35,527 nt of DNA, from positions 1 through 35,527 of the forward strand of contig JALXBF010000176.1 in assembly GCA_026991575.1 (NCBI GenBank), written 5' to 3'. Numbering within the stretch: the stretch's first letter is position 1; every line of letters starts with the position of its first letter. A model generated the notes under the pieces. It was not told the DNA's origin. It worked only from the letters and a program-made list of their open reading frames with translations, and did no database searches. This document shows positions 20,067-29,337 of the stretch, in pieces. Source of the stretch: Planctomycetota bacterium (GTDB lineage Bacteria; Planctomycetota; Planctomycetia; JALXBF01). The position numbers and the translations under genes were made by a program.

Positions 20067-21146
20067 ATGAGCACGCTGGACTACGAGGGGAGTCAATCGA
20101 CTCACCGTAGCGAGGCCACAGACGACGAACCGCCCGAACGTTCGTCCGCGTCTCTGGTCTTCACCGACCGCGACGAAGCCACAGCCGTTCTCGGGGCGCG
20201 GGACCAGTATCTGCGCAGGGTACGCGACACGTTCGGCGTACGCGCCTGGGCACGCGCGGGGCGGGTCTACGTCGAAGGCGATCCTCATCGGGTGGAACAA
20301 GCGATCCGCGCCCTGCGTCAACTAAGAGAGCTAGCCGACCGACACGGATCGGTCGATGAAGCAGACGTGGTACGAGTTCTCGGACAAGTAAGCCAACAGC
20401 CACAGGAAGGCGGCCCGCCAGGGCCGGCCGCAGTGACGGAAGTCGTCAAAGCGAAACGCTGGGTGCGGCCGCGGACCGAGGGACAACGCCGCTATGTGGA
20501 GGCGATGCGCGAACACGACATCGTCCTCTGCATCGGCCCCGCCGGCACAGGCAAGACGTATCTGGCCGTCGCCGTCGCGGTCGATCGCCTCCTACGTGGA
20601 CTGACCGAGAAGATCGTCCTGGTCCGTCCCGCCGTGGAAGCCGGTGAGAAGCTGGGCTTTCTACCCGGCGACATGGTTGCCAAGGTCAACCCGTACCTGC
20701 GGCCCCTTCTCGATGCGCTCCACGACCTGCTGGACTTCGAGCAGATCCAGCGGTACATGGCCGCGGACGTCATCGAGGTTGTGCCGCTGGCTTACATGCG
20801 TGGCCGCACCCTCAACAATGCCACGATCATCCTGGATGAGGGCCAGAACACGACGGTCGCCCAGATGAAGATGTTTCTCACACGGATGGGCGAGAACTCG
20901 CGGATCATCGTCACAGGCGACGTCACCCAGATCGACCTACCGGCCACGGTACGCAGTGGACTGGTAGACGCCGTCCGACGGCTGGCAAACATTCCGGGCA
21001 TTGCCGTCGTGCGGTTGACCAAGGGCGACATCGTGCGGCATCCGCTGGTTCAAGCCATCGTCGACGCTTACGAGCAGCGCGGCGAAGGACACGGACCGGC
21101 TGACAGCAAACGCCCGGAGCATCCTGAGACGCGTCAGCAACGATGA
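20067..21146 (+). CDS. phoH: PhoH-family ATPase (YbeZ-like)
   Basis: Motifs GPAGTGKT, RPAVEAGEKLGFLPG, LAYMRGRTL, DEGQN, GDVTQIDL and DIVRHPLV. Confidence 0.95.
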   Translation: MSTLDYEGSQSTHRSEATDDEPPERSSASLVFTDRDEATAVLGARDQYLRRVRDTFGVRAWARAGRVYVEGDPHRVEQAIRALRQLRELADRHGSVDEADVVRVLGQVSQQPQEGGPPGPAAVTEVVKAKRWVRPRTEGQRRYVEAMREHDIVLCIGPAGTGKTYLAVAVAVDRLLRGLTEKIVLVRPAVEAGEKLGFLPGDMVAKVNPYLRPLLDALHDLLDFEQIQRYMAADVIEVVPLAYMRGRTLNNATIILDEGQNTTVAQMKMFLTRMGENSRIIVTGDVTQIDLPATVRSGLVDAVRRLANIPGIAVVRLTKGDIVRHPLVQAIVDAYEQRGEGHGPADSKRPEHPETRQQR

Positions 21147-23407
21147 GCACTGCAGCCGACAAGTCCGGATCTACTGCTTCGGCGATCCCCTTCGAGAACG
21201 GCCAGGCCCGCTCCGTGCGTTGGTGGCCCACCCGCCGGCTCTGGGCCGTGCTGATCGGCGGGATCATCGCCTGCACGTTCCTGATCCTGCTCGGGCCACA
21301 GCCGTCGTTGCGCGGCTTCGCGACCGAGCCGTTTACGTACCGCGTGGGTGAGCGGACCGAGTGGGAGGTGCGTGCGCGGGTGCCGTTTCAGCAGGTCGAC
21401 GACGCTCAGACCGTGCACCGCCGCTCAGAAGCGGCCCTTGCCGTGCCTCCGGTGTTCCGAGTCGATCGCCAGGCAGTTGAGCACGGGCGGCAGCGGGCAG
21501 AACAACTGGTGCGCGCGCTGGCCAGCCCGATGAGCGCCGCGGGTGCCGCCGCCCGCGTCGAGCTCGATGAGCGTCAGCGGCGCGTGCTGAGCGAACACCT
21601 GCAAAACGAAGCACAACGGGTCGCTGCTCTCGAGGTCGTGGATCAAGTCGCCCAGCAGCTCCTGCAGACCGGATGGCTCGACCGCACCACCGCCGCCCGC
21701 TTCCTATTCCCTGGCGGTAGGCTCCTGATCCGTTCCGACGGGGACCGTCGCGAAACGACCGTCGACCAGGTCGACGCGGAGCGCATCTTCGCTGCCGGCG
21801 GACCCGTTGATCGGTTGCTCCGGCAGCAGCTGCGCGATTGGTCGCCCGAAGCACGGGCAGCACTGCTGCGGTTACTGGCCGTGTGCTTCACGGACTCAGG
21901 ACCGGCTCTGATCTACGACGAGCTGGAAACCGAAGCGCTCCGCGAGGAGGCCCGACGGCGAGCGGGCCAGGCCGTGCTGCAGTTCAAGGCAGGCACGCGG
22001 CTGATGGGGCGCGGCGAGGAGATCACGCCCGAGAAGCTGGCGCTGCTGCGGCGCGAGCATGAACGGTACCGTGAGAGTGTGCCGTGGGGGGCGCGCCTTG
22101 CACGCGCCATCGGAGCGCTGGTCCTGGTCACCGGCGTGTTCTTCTCGGTGGCCTTTTACGTCTGGCGGTTTGAGCCTCGGTTGGGCAAACGCCAGGGGGC
22201 ATTGGAGCGGCTGGTGGCCACCGTGCTCGTTACGCTGGCGCTTGCCCTACTCTGCCATCGCTGGCACGCGTCGTTCGTGCCGGCGATCGTGGCCGCCATG
22301 GTGCTGGCCGTCGCGTACGGTCCGCCGTTTGCCGTGCTGGTAACGCTGGCCGTGGACCTGTGCATTGCGTGGGCCGTCGGGTTTGGGTTGCTGGAGTTCG
22401 TCGTCCTGGCCGGGGCCACGACGGGAGCGTGCTTCGTGGTCGGCGTCGTCCGCAGCCGGCTCCAGCTTGCGCTGGCCGCGCTGGCGATTGGAGCCACCCT
22501 CTTCGTGCTGACCTGGGCCACTGGATTTCTGGGCGGCCAGCCCTTCAACCTGATCCTGGCCGATTCGCTTCAACGGTTCGTGCTTGGTGCCGGTGCCGTG
22601 TTGCTCGTCAGCGCCCTGTTGCCTGTGATCGAATGGGTCTACGACGTGACCACGCGGTTCACGCTCCTGGAACTGAGCGATGCGGGACACCCGCTGCTGC
22701 AGGAGCTCGCGCGGCGTGCACCGGGCACGTACAGCCACAGTCAGGCGGTGGCTGTGGCGGCCGAGCAGGCGGCCAAGGCCATCGGTGCCGATGCGCTGCT
22801 GGTCCGGGTCGGCGCCTACTACCACGACATCGGCAAGATGGACAAGGCAAAGTACTTCGTGGAGAACAACGAACATGCCGCCGCTCTCCATGCAAAGCTC
22901 GAACCGGCCATGAGTGCCCGAATCATCATCGGCCACGTGCGCCATGGCGTCGAACTGGCCCGCAAGCACCGGCTGCCAGAACCGATCGTGGACCTGATCG
23001 CTCAGCACCACGGGACCACGCTCGTGGAGTACTTCTATCACGAGGCGCTTCGCGAAAGCCAACGGGACGAAGACCATCGTACAGAGGCGGAGGAGTCACT
23101 GTTCCGGTATCCGGGGCCAAAGCCGCAGACCAAGGAGGCCGGCATCTTGATGCTGGCCGACGCGGCCGAAAGCGCTAGCCGGGCGCTGGAGGAGGTCACG
23201 CCGAAGCGGTTGCAGGACATGGTCGAGACGATCGCCCGCCGTCGTCTGGTGGACGGACAGCTAGACGAATGTGACCTGACGATGCGTGAGGTCCGCAGGA
23301 TCGTCGATGCCCTGGCTCAGGCCCTCTACAGCGCCGCGCACGCACGCGTCCGCTACCCGAGCCAGGACACGGCCGAAACCGAGGAGCCGGTCTTAAGCCG
23401 GCGGTAG
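21143..23407 (+). CDS. 7TM-HD (HDIG) phosphohydrolase, PgpH-like c-di-AMP phosphodiesterase family
   Basis: N-terminal TM, extracytoplasmic domain, multi-TM block, then APGTYSHS, YYHDIGK, QHHGT, FRYPGPKP and MLADAAES. Lies between phoH and ybeY. Confidence 0.88.
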   Translation: MSTAADKSGSTASAIPFENGQARSVRWWPTRRLWAVLIGGIIACTFLILLGPQPSLRGFATEPFTYRVGERTEWEVRARVPFQQVDDAQTVHRRSEAALAVPPVFRVDRQAVEHGRQRAEQLVRALASPMSAAGAAARVELDERQRRVLSEHLQNEAQRVAALEVVDQVAQQLLQTGWLDRTTAARFLFPGGRLLIRSDGDRRETTVDQVDAERIFAAGGPVDRLLRQQLRDWSPEARAALLRLLAVCFTDSGPALIYDELETEALREEARRRAGQAVLQFKAGTRLMGRGEEITPEKLALLRREHERYRESVPWGARLARAIGALVLVTGVFFSVAFYVWRFEPRLGKRQGALERLVATVLVTLALALLCHRWHASFVPAIVAAMVLAVAYGPPFAVLVTLAVDLCIAWAVGFGLLEFVVLAGATTGACFVVGVVRSRLQLALAALAIGATLFVLTWATGFLGGQPFNLILADSLQRFVLGAGAVLLVSALLPVIEWVYDVTTRFTLLELSDAGHPLLQELARRAPGTYSHSQAVAVAAEQAAKAIGADALLVRVGAYYHDIGKMDKAKYFVENNEHAAALHAKLEPAMSARIIIGHVRHGVELARKHRLPEPIVDLIAQHHGTTLVEYFYHEALRESQRDEDHRTEAEESLFRYPGPKPQTKEAGILMLADAAESASRALEEVTPKRLQDMVETIARRRLVDGQLDECDLTMREVRRIVDALAQALYSAAHARVRYPSQDTAETEEPVLSRR

Positions 23408-23455
23408 CCGTTTGCCACGACCTGCGGGGACCGACTCCCCAGTGCGGCTCAAGCC

Positions 23456-23911
23456 ATGCCAGCCAACGACTACCGGATCGCCGTCGTCGACCAGCAGCAC
23501 GTAGCTGCCATCGACCGCCGCAAGCTGAAACAGGTCGTTGGGGCTGTCCTGCAAAGCGAAGGCATCAAAGAGGCTGCCATCGGCGTGGCCCTGCTGGATG
23601 ATCGCCGCATCCGCGAGCTGAATCGCCAATACCTGCAGCACGATCGGGCCACCGACGTGCTCAGCTTCACGTACCGGCGTGACGACGGCCTCCTAGAAGG
23701 CGACATCGCAGTCAGCGTCGAGACTGCGGCGCGCGAGGCAGAACGACGGGGCATCCCGCTGGAGACTGAACTGGCCTTTTACGTCGCCCACGGCGTGCTT
23801 CACCTGATTGGCTACAACGACGCGACCCCGGACGAGCGGAGTCGGATGTGGCAGCGGCAAGTCGAGATCCTGCGCGACCTGCGCTATGAGGATGCAGATC
23901 GACTGCTGTGA
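23456..23911 (+). CDS. ybeY: rRNA maturation endoribonuclease YbeY
   Basis: Motifs ELNRQYL, TDVLSF, GDIAVS and HGVLHLIGYND; phoH neighbourhood. Confidence 0.93.
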   Translation: MPANDYRIAVVDQQHVAAIDRRKLKQVVGAVLQSEGIKEAAIGVALLDDRRIRELNRQYLQHDRATDVLSFTYRRDDGLLEGDIAVSVETAAREAERRGIPLETELAFYVAHGVLHLIGYNDATPDERSRMWQRQVEILRDLRYEDADRLL

Positions 23912-24067
23912 TCGGCCCGTCACGGTGTCGGCCCCCTCGAGCGCTGGCTGGGACTCGAAGAGCAGGACGCAGCCGTCGGGACCGCGTCCGACGCTGGCCC
24001 GTGCACCAGGTCAACCGCTGCAGGCCCGCGGTGCGCTGTTCGAAAGGGAGCATCGGAACTGGGAGCG

Positions 24068-24853
24068 ATGAAAGGACAGGCCACCGAAGCCATCGTGCTT
24101 CGTTGCAGTGAGTTTCGCGAGAGCAGCCTGGTGGTGCAGCTGTTCACGCGGGAGTTCGGCCGTGTGGCCGGTTTAGCCAGGGGGGCTCGGCGGCTGAAGC
24201 AGTACCGTGCGGGCGCTCTTGACCAGCTCTGCGTATCGCGTATAGTCCTGCGGCGCCGCAGCAGCAGAGGCCTTGCGCTCATTGACGAGGCCAGGTTGCT
24301 GCAGCCGTTTGAGCCGCTGACGCTGCCGTACCGCGCAGCGCTGGCCGGCTTCCTGGTCGCCCGGCTGCTGCTGGATTTTGTGCGCGAGGGGCTGCCCCAA
24401 GCGGACGTTTTCCGCGCGGCGGTGGACACGCTTGCTACGATCCGCTCCGGCGGAAACTGGGAGCTGCGCGCGCACCGCTTCGTGTGGGAACTCATTGTCT
24501 ACAGCGGCTACGGCCCACGGCTGGACCGATGTGCCCGCTGCAACAGACCGCTCCCCCGAAGCGGACGGCTTCGCTTCTGTCCGTTAGCTGGCGGCTTGCT
24601 CTGCCCGAGCTGCCCGCCGCTGTCGCGCGTTGCAGCAAGTCTGTCGGCGGGTACCGCAAAGCTCCTGGGGCACCTGACCGACGTGACGACCACGACCTGG
24701 CAGTCGCTGCGCGTGCAGGAGCGACTGAACCGCGAGCTGTGGCGCGTCGAAGCGGCGGTGGTCCGGGCGCTGGCCGAGCAGCCAGTGCATGTCATGACGT
24801 TGCTTGCACCGCCGCCGGCTCGGCAGCGGAACCGGGTGGCAACTACGGCGTGA
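24068..24853 (+). CDS. recO: DNA repair protein RecO
   Basis: OB-fold start AIVLR...ESSLVVQLFTREFGRVAGLARGARR and Zn finger GYGPRLDRCARC...CPSC. Confidence 0.92.
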   Translation: MKGQATEAIVLRCSEFRESSLVVQLFTREFGRVAGLARGARRLKQYRAGALDQLCVSRIVLRRRSSRGLALIDEARLLQPFEPLTLPYRAALAGFLVARLLLDFVREGLPQADVFRAAVDTLATIRSGGNWELRAHRFVWELIVYSGYGPRLDRCARCNRPLPRSGRLRFCPLAGGLLCPSCPPLSRVAASLSAGTAKLLGHLTDVTTTTWQSLRVQERLNRELWRVEAAVVRALAEQPVHVMTLLAPPPARQRNRVATTA

Positions 24854-24887
24854 ACTCGACCCCACGTCGCTTCGGCAGGACGAGGGC

Positions 24888-26231
24888 ATGGTGACGTTGC
24901 ACGGAGGCCGCACAATTCGGCAACTGATCGTCTGGACCGTCGCTCTCTGCTGCTGCTGCGGCGGCTGTGCCGGCGGACCACGCCCGATACGCTTCCGCTG
25001 GCCCTGGCAGCAGCCCTCCGCGGTACCGGCCCAGCCGGCCGGCGGCTTGCACGAATATGAGCTGCGCAATGGCCGATGGGTGCGGCGCGAATCGGTCCGC
25101 CCGATGCCACCCGCACTCAGGCGGGCTGAAGCACTCATCCAGGAGCAACGCTACGACGAAGCGATCAGCCTGCTGGACGACACCATCGATGCCGACGACG
25201 AAACACCCGGTGCCGTCCATCGCTACGGGTTGTTCCTGCTGGCAGAGGCGTATTACTGGAAAGGCGACCTCGTCGCCGCGCGGACCCACTACGAGAAGCT
25301 ACTGGACCGGTATCCCGGCACCGAGGAGGCACTCACCGCGGCGACACGCCTGTACCAGATCGGCACGCGTTGGTTGGACGCTGCAGCCAACGACGATACT
25401 CAGCCGGCCGGCATGCTACGGCGCATCGCATTCTGGCGCCAGAGCGACCGGCCTTGGATCGATGCGGATGGCCATGCGATCAAAGTGCTCGAATACATCC
25501 AAGAGCACGATCCCGGCAACCCGCTTGCCGACGATGCCATCCTGGCCATTGCCAACTATCAGTTCCGTCGCGGGAACTTCGAGCAGGCTGCCTTCTACTA
25601 CGACCTGCTGATCCAGGGTTACCCGAAGAGCGAACACCTGGCACACGCCTACCTACGGGCGGCTGAGGCCCGACTCGCCCTGTATGACGGCGCCGAGTAC
25701 AACGCGAAGCCGCTCGAAGAAGCACGCAGGCTACTGCAAACGGCAGCCACCCAGTTTCCGGAACTGGCGGACCAGCGGCCGCGCATCTACGAAATGCTCC
25801 ATCGCATCGAGGAACGGCAGGCGGAGCGGGACTTTCAGGTGGCGCGGTTCTATGAGCGCATCGGCCGGCCCGACGCAGCCAGAGTCTACTACCAGCTCGT
25901 CATCCGCGACTATCCCAAGACATCGTGGGCCCAGCGAGCACGGCAGCGATTGGAGGAGCTGGGGCTCGAACAACAGGGGCCTCAGCCCAAACGGCTCTCG
26001 GACCTGCTCGATGAACTCGTGCCGTCGCTGGCGGAGCGCTTTGGCCTTGAACCCGATGAGGCCCCGGCCGACCCGAATGCCGGTGACGAGGCGCGGCCTA
26101 GTCCGGGTACTGACGCTCGGAGCGCGGGTGAGAGCGACACTCTGTTGCGCCGGCCCGAGCTAACGCCGACGTGGCCGGGGACCGTTGCCGAGCCGGGCCC
26201 TCTGCCTGGCCCACCGGGAGGGCTGCCATGA
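24888..26231 (+). CDS. bamD: Outer membrane protein assembly factor BamD-like TPR lipoprotein
   Basis: Lipoprotein-type signal, TPRs and BamD-like C-terminal AERDFQVARFYERIGRPDAARVYYQLVIRDYPKT. Acidic/Pro-rich tail. Coupled to an lptE-like gene. Confidence 0.82.
   Translation: MVTLHGGRTIRQLIVWTVALCCCCGGCAGGPRPIRFRWPWQQPSAVPAQPAGGLHEYELRNGRWVRRESVRPMPPALRRAEALIQEQRYDEAISLLDDTIDADDETPGAVHRYGLFLLAEAYYWKGDLVAARTHYEKLLDRYPGTEEALTAATRLYQIGTRWLDAAANDDTQPAGMLRRIAFWRQSDRPWIDADGHAIKVLEYIQEHDPGNPLADDAILAIANYQFRRGNFEQAAFYYDLLIQGYPKSEHLAHAYLRAAEARLALYDGAEYNAKPLEEARRLLQTAATQFPELADQRPRIYEMLHRIEERQAERDFQVARFYERIGRPDAARVYYQLVIRDYPKTSWAQRARQRLEELGLEQQGPQPKRLSDLLDELVPSLAERFGLEPDEAPADPNAGDEARPSPGTDARSAGESDTLLRRPELTPTWPGTVAEPGPLPGPPGGLP
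24966..25007 (+). other. Post-lipobox peptide CAGGPRPIRFRWPW (copy 2)
   Basis: Direct translation; matches the motif at 12595-12633. Confidence 0.8.
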
Positions 26232-26746
26232 CGCGGAGCATCGGCTGCCTGAGTGCATTGCTGCTCGTTCTGACGGCGGGTTGCGGCTACACCACCCGAC
26301 CGCCCTTCCCAGGGCACATCCACACCGTGTATGTGCCGATATTCGAATCGGACGCGTCGCGGCGGGATTTTGAGTTCTTGCTCACCAGAGAGCTCATCCG
26401 CGAAATCGAGCGCAGCACCCCCTTCAAGGTGGTCAACTCACCGGAAGCCGCCGACAGCATCCTGGAAGGCAGAGTCAAGTACATTGCCAAGAATGTGCGG
26501 GTGGAGAACCCCGACAACGAACCGCGGCAGATTCAGCTCACGGCCGGCGTGGACATCGTTTGGCGCGACCGACGATCGGGCGAGGTACTCAGGAAAATGC
26601 GTGTGGGCGCTCCGGAAAGCAGAGCCCACGTGCGCCGCTCGGTGCAGTACGCGCCCGAGTTGGGCCAGACCTACCGTACGGCCTCGCTGCAGCTAGCCCG
26701 CCAGCTCGCTCAGCAAATCGTCTCTATGATGGAAGAGCCCTGGTAG
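26228..26746 (+). CDS. lptE: LPS assembly lipoprotein LptE-like
   Basis: Lipobox LTAGCGY, IHTVYVPIFES, ADSILEGRV and C-terminal LARQLAQQIV...W. ATGA overlap with bamD. Confidence 0.8.
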   Translation: MTRSIGCLSALLLVLTAGCGYTTRPPFPGHIHTVYVPIFESDASRRDFEFLLTRELIREIERSTPFKVVNSPEAADSILEGRVKYIAKNVRVENPDNEPRQIQLTAGVDIVWRDRRSGEVLRKMRVGAPESRAHVRRSVQYAPELGQTYRTASLQLARQLAQQIVSMMEEPW

Positions 26747-26952
26747 CGCCACGCCTGGCAGCTGCCAGCAGGACTCACGACTGGCAAGCCAGCGGAAGCT
26801 GCTCACCTGCACGGCACACCTGCTAGCCAACGGTGGCGGTCACCCCGCCCCGCGGCGGCTGTGCACAGGTCGGTCGACCTTGTCACCGCAGTGGCGTGTG
26901 TCGGATCATGTGGACGGGGCTCCGCTGAGCTGTTCCGAAGGGGGGCAGCGCG

Positions 26953-27825
26953 ATGGTTCCGGACCCGCGTGCCTGCGTTTGGCTTGTGGGCGACCGCAAG
27001 CTTACGGTTACCGCGCACAGACCCCTGATCATGGGCATCGTCAACGTAACGCCTGACAGCTTCTCGGACGGGGGCCTGTTTGCGCACCGCACGGAAGCTG
27101 TGCGCCACGCGCTGGAGTTACTCGACGCCGGGGCTGACATCGTAGACATTGGCGGTGAGTCGACCCGTCCCGGGGCCAGGCCGGTGCCCGACGCCGAGGA
27201 ACTGGCCCGGGTGCTGCCGGTGGTTGAGGGGGTCGTGAGCGAACGGCCCGACGCGCTCGTTTCCATCGACACAAGCAAAGGGCGGGTCGCGCGTGAAGCG
27301 GTCGCCGCCGGGGCTTGCATCATCAACGACGTGCGTGGCGGCGCTGATCCCGAGCTGCTTCGGGTCGCTGCACGCCACCGCGTGGGATTGATCCTGATGC
27401 ACATGCGAGGCACCCCGACTACGATGCAACGCCTTGCGCAGTACGACGACGTTGTTACCGAAGTGCTCAATGAGCTGCGGGCTCGGGTGCGGCTTGCCCA
27501 ATGCGCCGGTGTGGCGCCGGAACAGATCGCCATCGACCCGGGCATCGGCTTTGCCAAGAAGTTTCGACACAACTGGGCGTTGCTCAGGGATCTGGATCGT
27601 TTTCACCAGCTTGGCCGGCCGCTGTGCGTGGGGATTTCGCGGAAGGGTTTTCTGGGCGAAATCGTGCCGACCGAACCTGCACAACGGGATGCGCTCACGG
27701 CCGGCGTCATGGCAGGCTGCTGGTACCGCGGCTACCACATCGCACGGGTGCACGACGTGCGCACCGTGGGCCACGTGCTTGCCGCACTGGCCCGCTTAGA
27801 ATTGGGCGAATCCCCGCCCCACTGA
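26953..27825 (+). CDS. folP: Dihydropteroate synthase
   Basis: Motifs MGIVNVTPDSFSDGG, DIGGESTRPGA, SIDT, DPGIGFAK, SRKGF and RVHDV. Confidence 0.97.
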   Translation: MVPDPRACVWLVGDRKLTVTAHRPLIMGIVNVTPDSFSDGGLFAHRTEAVRHALELLDAGADIVDIGGESTRPGARPVPDAEELARVLPVVEGVVSERPDALVSIDTSKGRVAREAVAAGACIINDVRGGADPELLRVAARHRVGLILMHMRGTPTTMQRLAQYDDVVTEVLNELRARVRLAQCAGVAPEQIAIDPGIGFAKKFRHNWALLRDLDRFHQLGRPLCVGISRKGFLGEIVPTEPAQRDALTAGVMAGCWYRGYHIARVHDVRTVGHVLAALARLELGESPPH

Positions 27826-27866
27826 GCGGGATTCCGGAAGACGTGAGACATCCTGTGGGACAGCCC

Positions 27867-29135
27867 ATGGCCGACACGGTCAAGAACCTGGCCTCATATG
27901 CCGAAGCGCTCGCACGGCGTGCCCATCGGGCGGCTGCAGCCCTGCGCGCAGCCCGCGCCGAGCAGAAGGACGCCGCTCTCAGGGCGATCGCCGATCGCTT
28001 GCGCGCCGAGCAGGACGCGATCCTCGCAGCCAACTGCAGGGACCTCGCGCGGGCGGACGAGTTCGGTTTGACCCCGGCGCAGGTCGACCGCCTCAGGCTG
28101 TCCCCTGATCGGATCGAGGCAATGGCCCGGGGGGTGGAAGCCATCGTCGCGCTGCCGGACCCGGTCGGCGAGGTGATCGACGAATACATCCGCGACGACG
28201 GGCTCCAGATCCGACGCGTACGGGTACCGCTCGGCGTCGTGCTGTTCATCTACGAGTCGCGCCCGAACGTCACGGTCGACGCCGTTGCGCTCTGCCTGAA
28301 GAGCGGTAATGCGGTGATCCTGCGCGGCGGCAAGGAAGCGGCCTATACCAACGACGTGTTGCACCGGCTAATGGTCCAAGAGATCGAACGGGCCGGTCTG
28401 CCCGCCGATGCGGCAGTGCGCGTCGACATCCAGGACCGGGAACTGGTTGGGGAATTACTTCAGTGCGACCGATACATCGACCTGGCCATTCCGCGCGGCG
28501 GCGAAGGACTGATCCGTCGCGTGGTGCAGCAGGCGCGCATGCCTGTGCTGAAACACTACAAGGGCCTGTGCCATGTCTACGTCGACCGCGCAGCCGATTT
28601 GACAATGGCCCGCCGGATCGTGGTCAACGCCAAGTGCCAGCGGCCGGGGGTGTGCAACGCGGCGGAGACGGTACTGGTGCATGAGGCCGTCGCGGATCGC
28701 TTCCTGCCCGGTCTGCTCGAGGAACTATTTGCACGCGGCGTCGAAATCCGTGGCTGTGAGCGGACTCGGCAATTCGACCGGCGCGTACTACCGGCTACCG
28801 AAGCGGACTTCAGCACCGAATGGCTCGACCTGAAGCTCTCCATGCGTGTCGTCCGATCGCTGGAAGAAGCCATTGAACACATCGCGCGGTACGGTTCGGG
28901 GCATACGGAGGCAATCGTCACGGATGATCCCCACGCCGCCGAACAGTTCCTGACCATGGTCGATTCAGCAACCGTCATGCATAACGCCAGCACGCGGCTG
29001 TGTGACGGAGGCGAGTTCGGGCTGGGGGCAGAAATCGGCATTTCCACCGATAAGTTGCACGCGCGTGGCCCGTGCGGATTGCGTGAGCTGACGACGTACA
29101 AGTACGTTGTCCGGGGCAGCGGGCACATTCGCTAG
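27867..29135 (+). CDS. proA: Gamma-glutamyl phosphate reductase
   Basis: Motifs VPLGVVLFIYESRPNVT, KSGNAVILRGGKEA, CNAAET and GAEIGISTDKLHARGP. ATG 27867; the track's 27501 start overlaps folP. Confidence 0.97.
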   Translation: MADTVKNLASYAEALARRAHRAAAALRAARAEQKDAALRAIADRLRAEQDAILAANCRDLARADEFGLTPAQVDRLRLSPDRIEAMARGVEAIVALPDPVGEVIDEYIRDDGLQIRRVRVPLGVVLFIYESRPNVTVDAVALCLKSGNAVILRGGKEAAYTNDVLHRLMVQEIERAGLPADAAVRVDIQDRELVGELLQCDRYIDLAIPRGGEGLIRRVVQQARMPVLKHYKGLCHVYVDRAADLTMARRIVVNAKCQRPGVCNAAETVLVHEAVADRFLPGLLEELFARGVEIRGCERTRQFDRRVLPATEADFSTEWLDLKLSMRVVRSLEEAIEHIARYGSGHTEAIVTDDPHAAEQFLTMVDSATVMHNASTRLCDGGEFGLGAEIGISTDKLHARGPCGLRELTTYKYVVRGSGHIR

Positions 29136-29337
29136 AACCGTTCCCGTCCCGCCGTACTTTCCTGATCGGAACAGCCGCACCGGTGGCGCGCCTTGCCCGG
29201 CTCGCTGGACGTGTGCCGGTGAGCTATTGGTTGGAGTGAGGAGTTCCCGCCAGTCCAGAGGAAGCGTGTTCACCGCATGCCAGCCTGCCCCCCTGCCGGG
29301 CCAGAACACCCCCCCCTGAGCGATCGGAGAGGATGTC

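Noticed and set aside
27501..27866. 122-aa N-terminal extension of ProA
   Set aside because: It overlaps folP in another frame; ProA-like sequence starts at ATG 27867.
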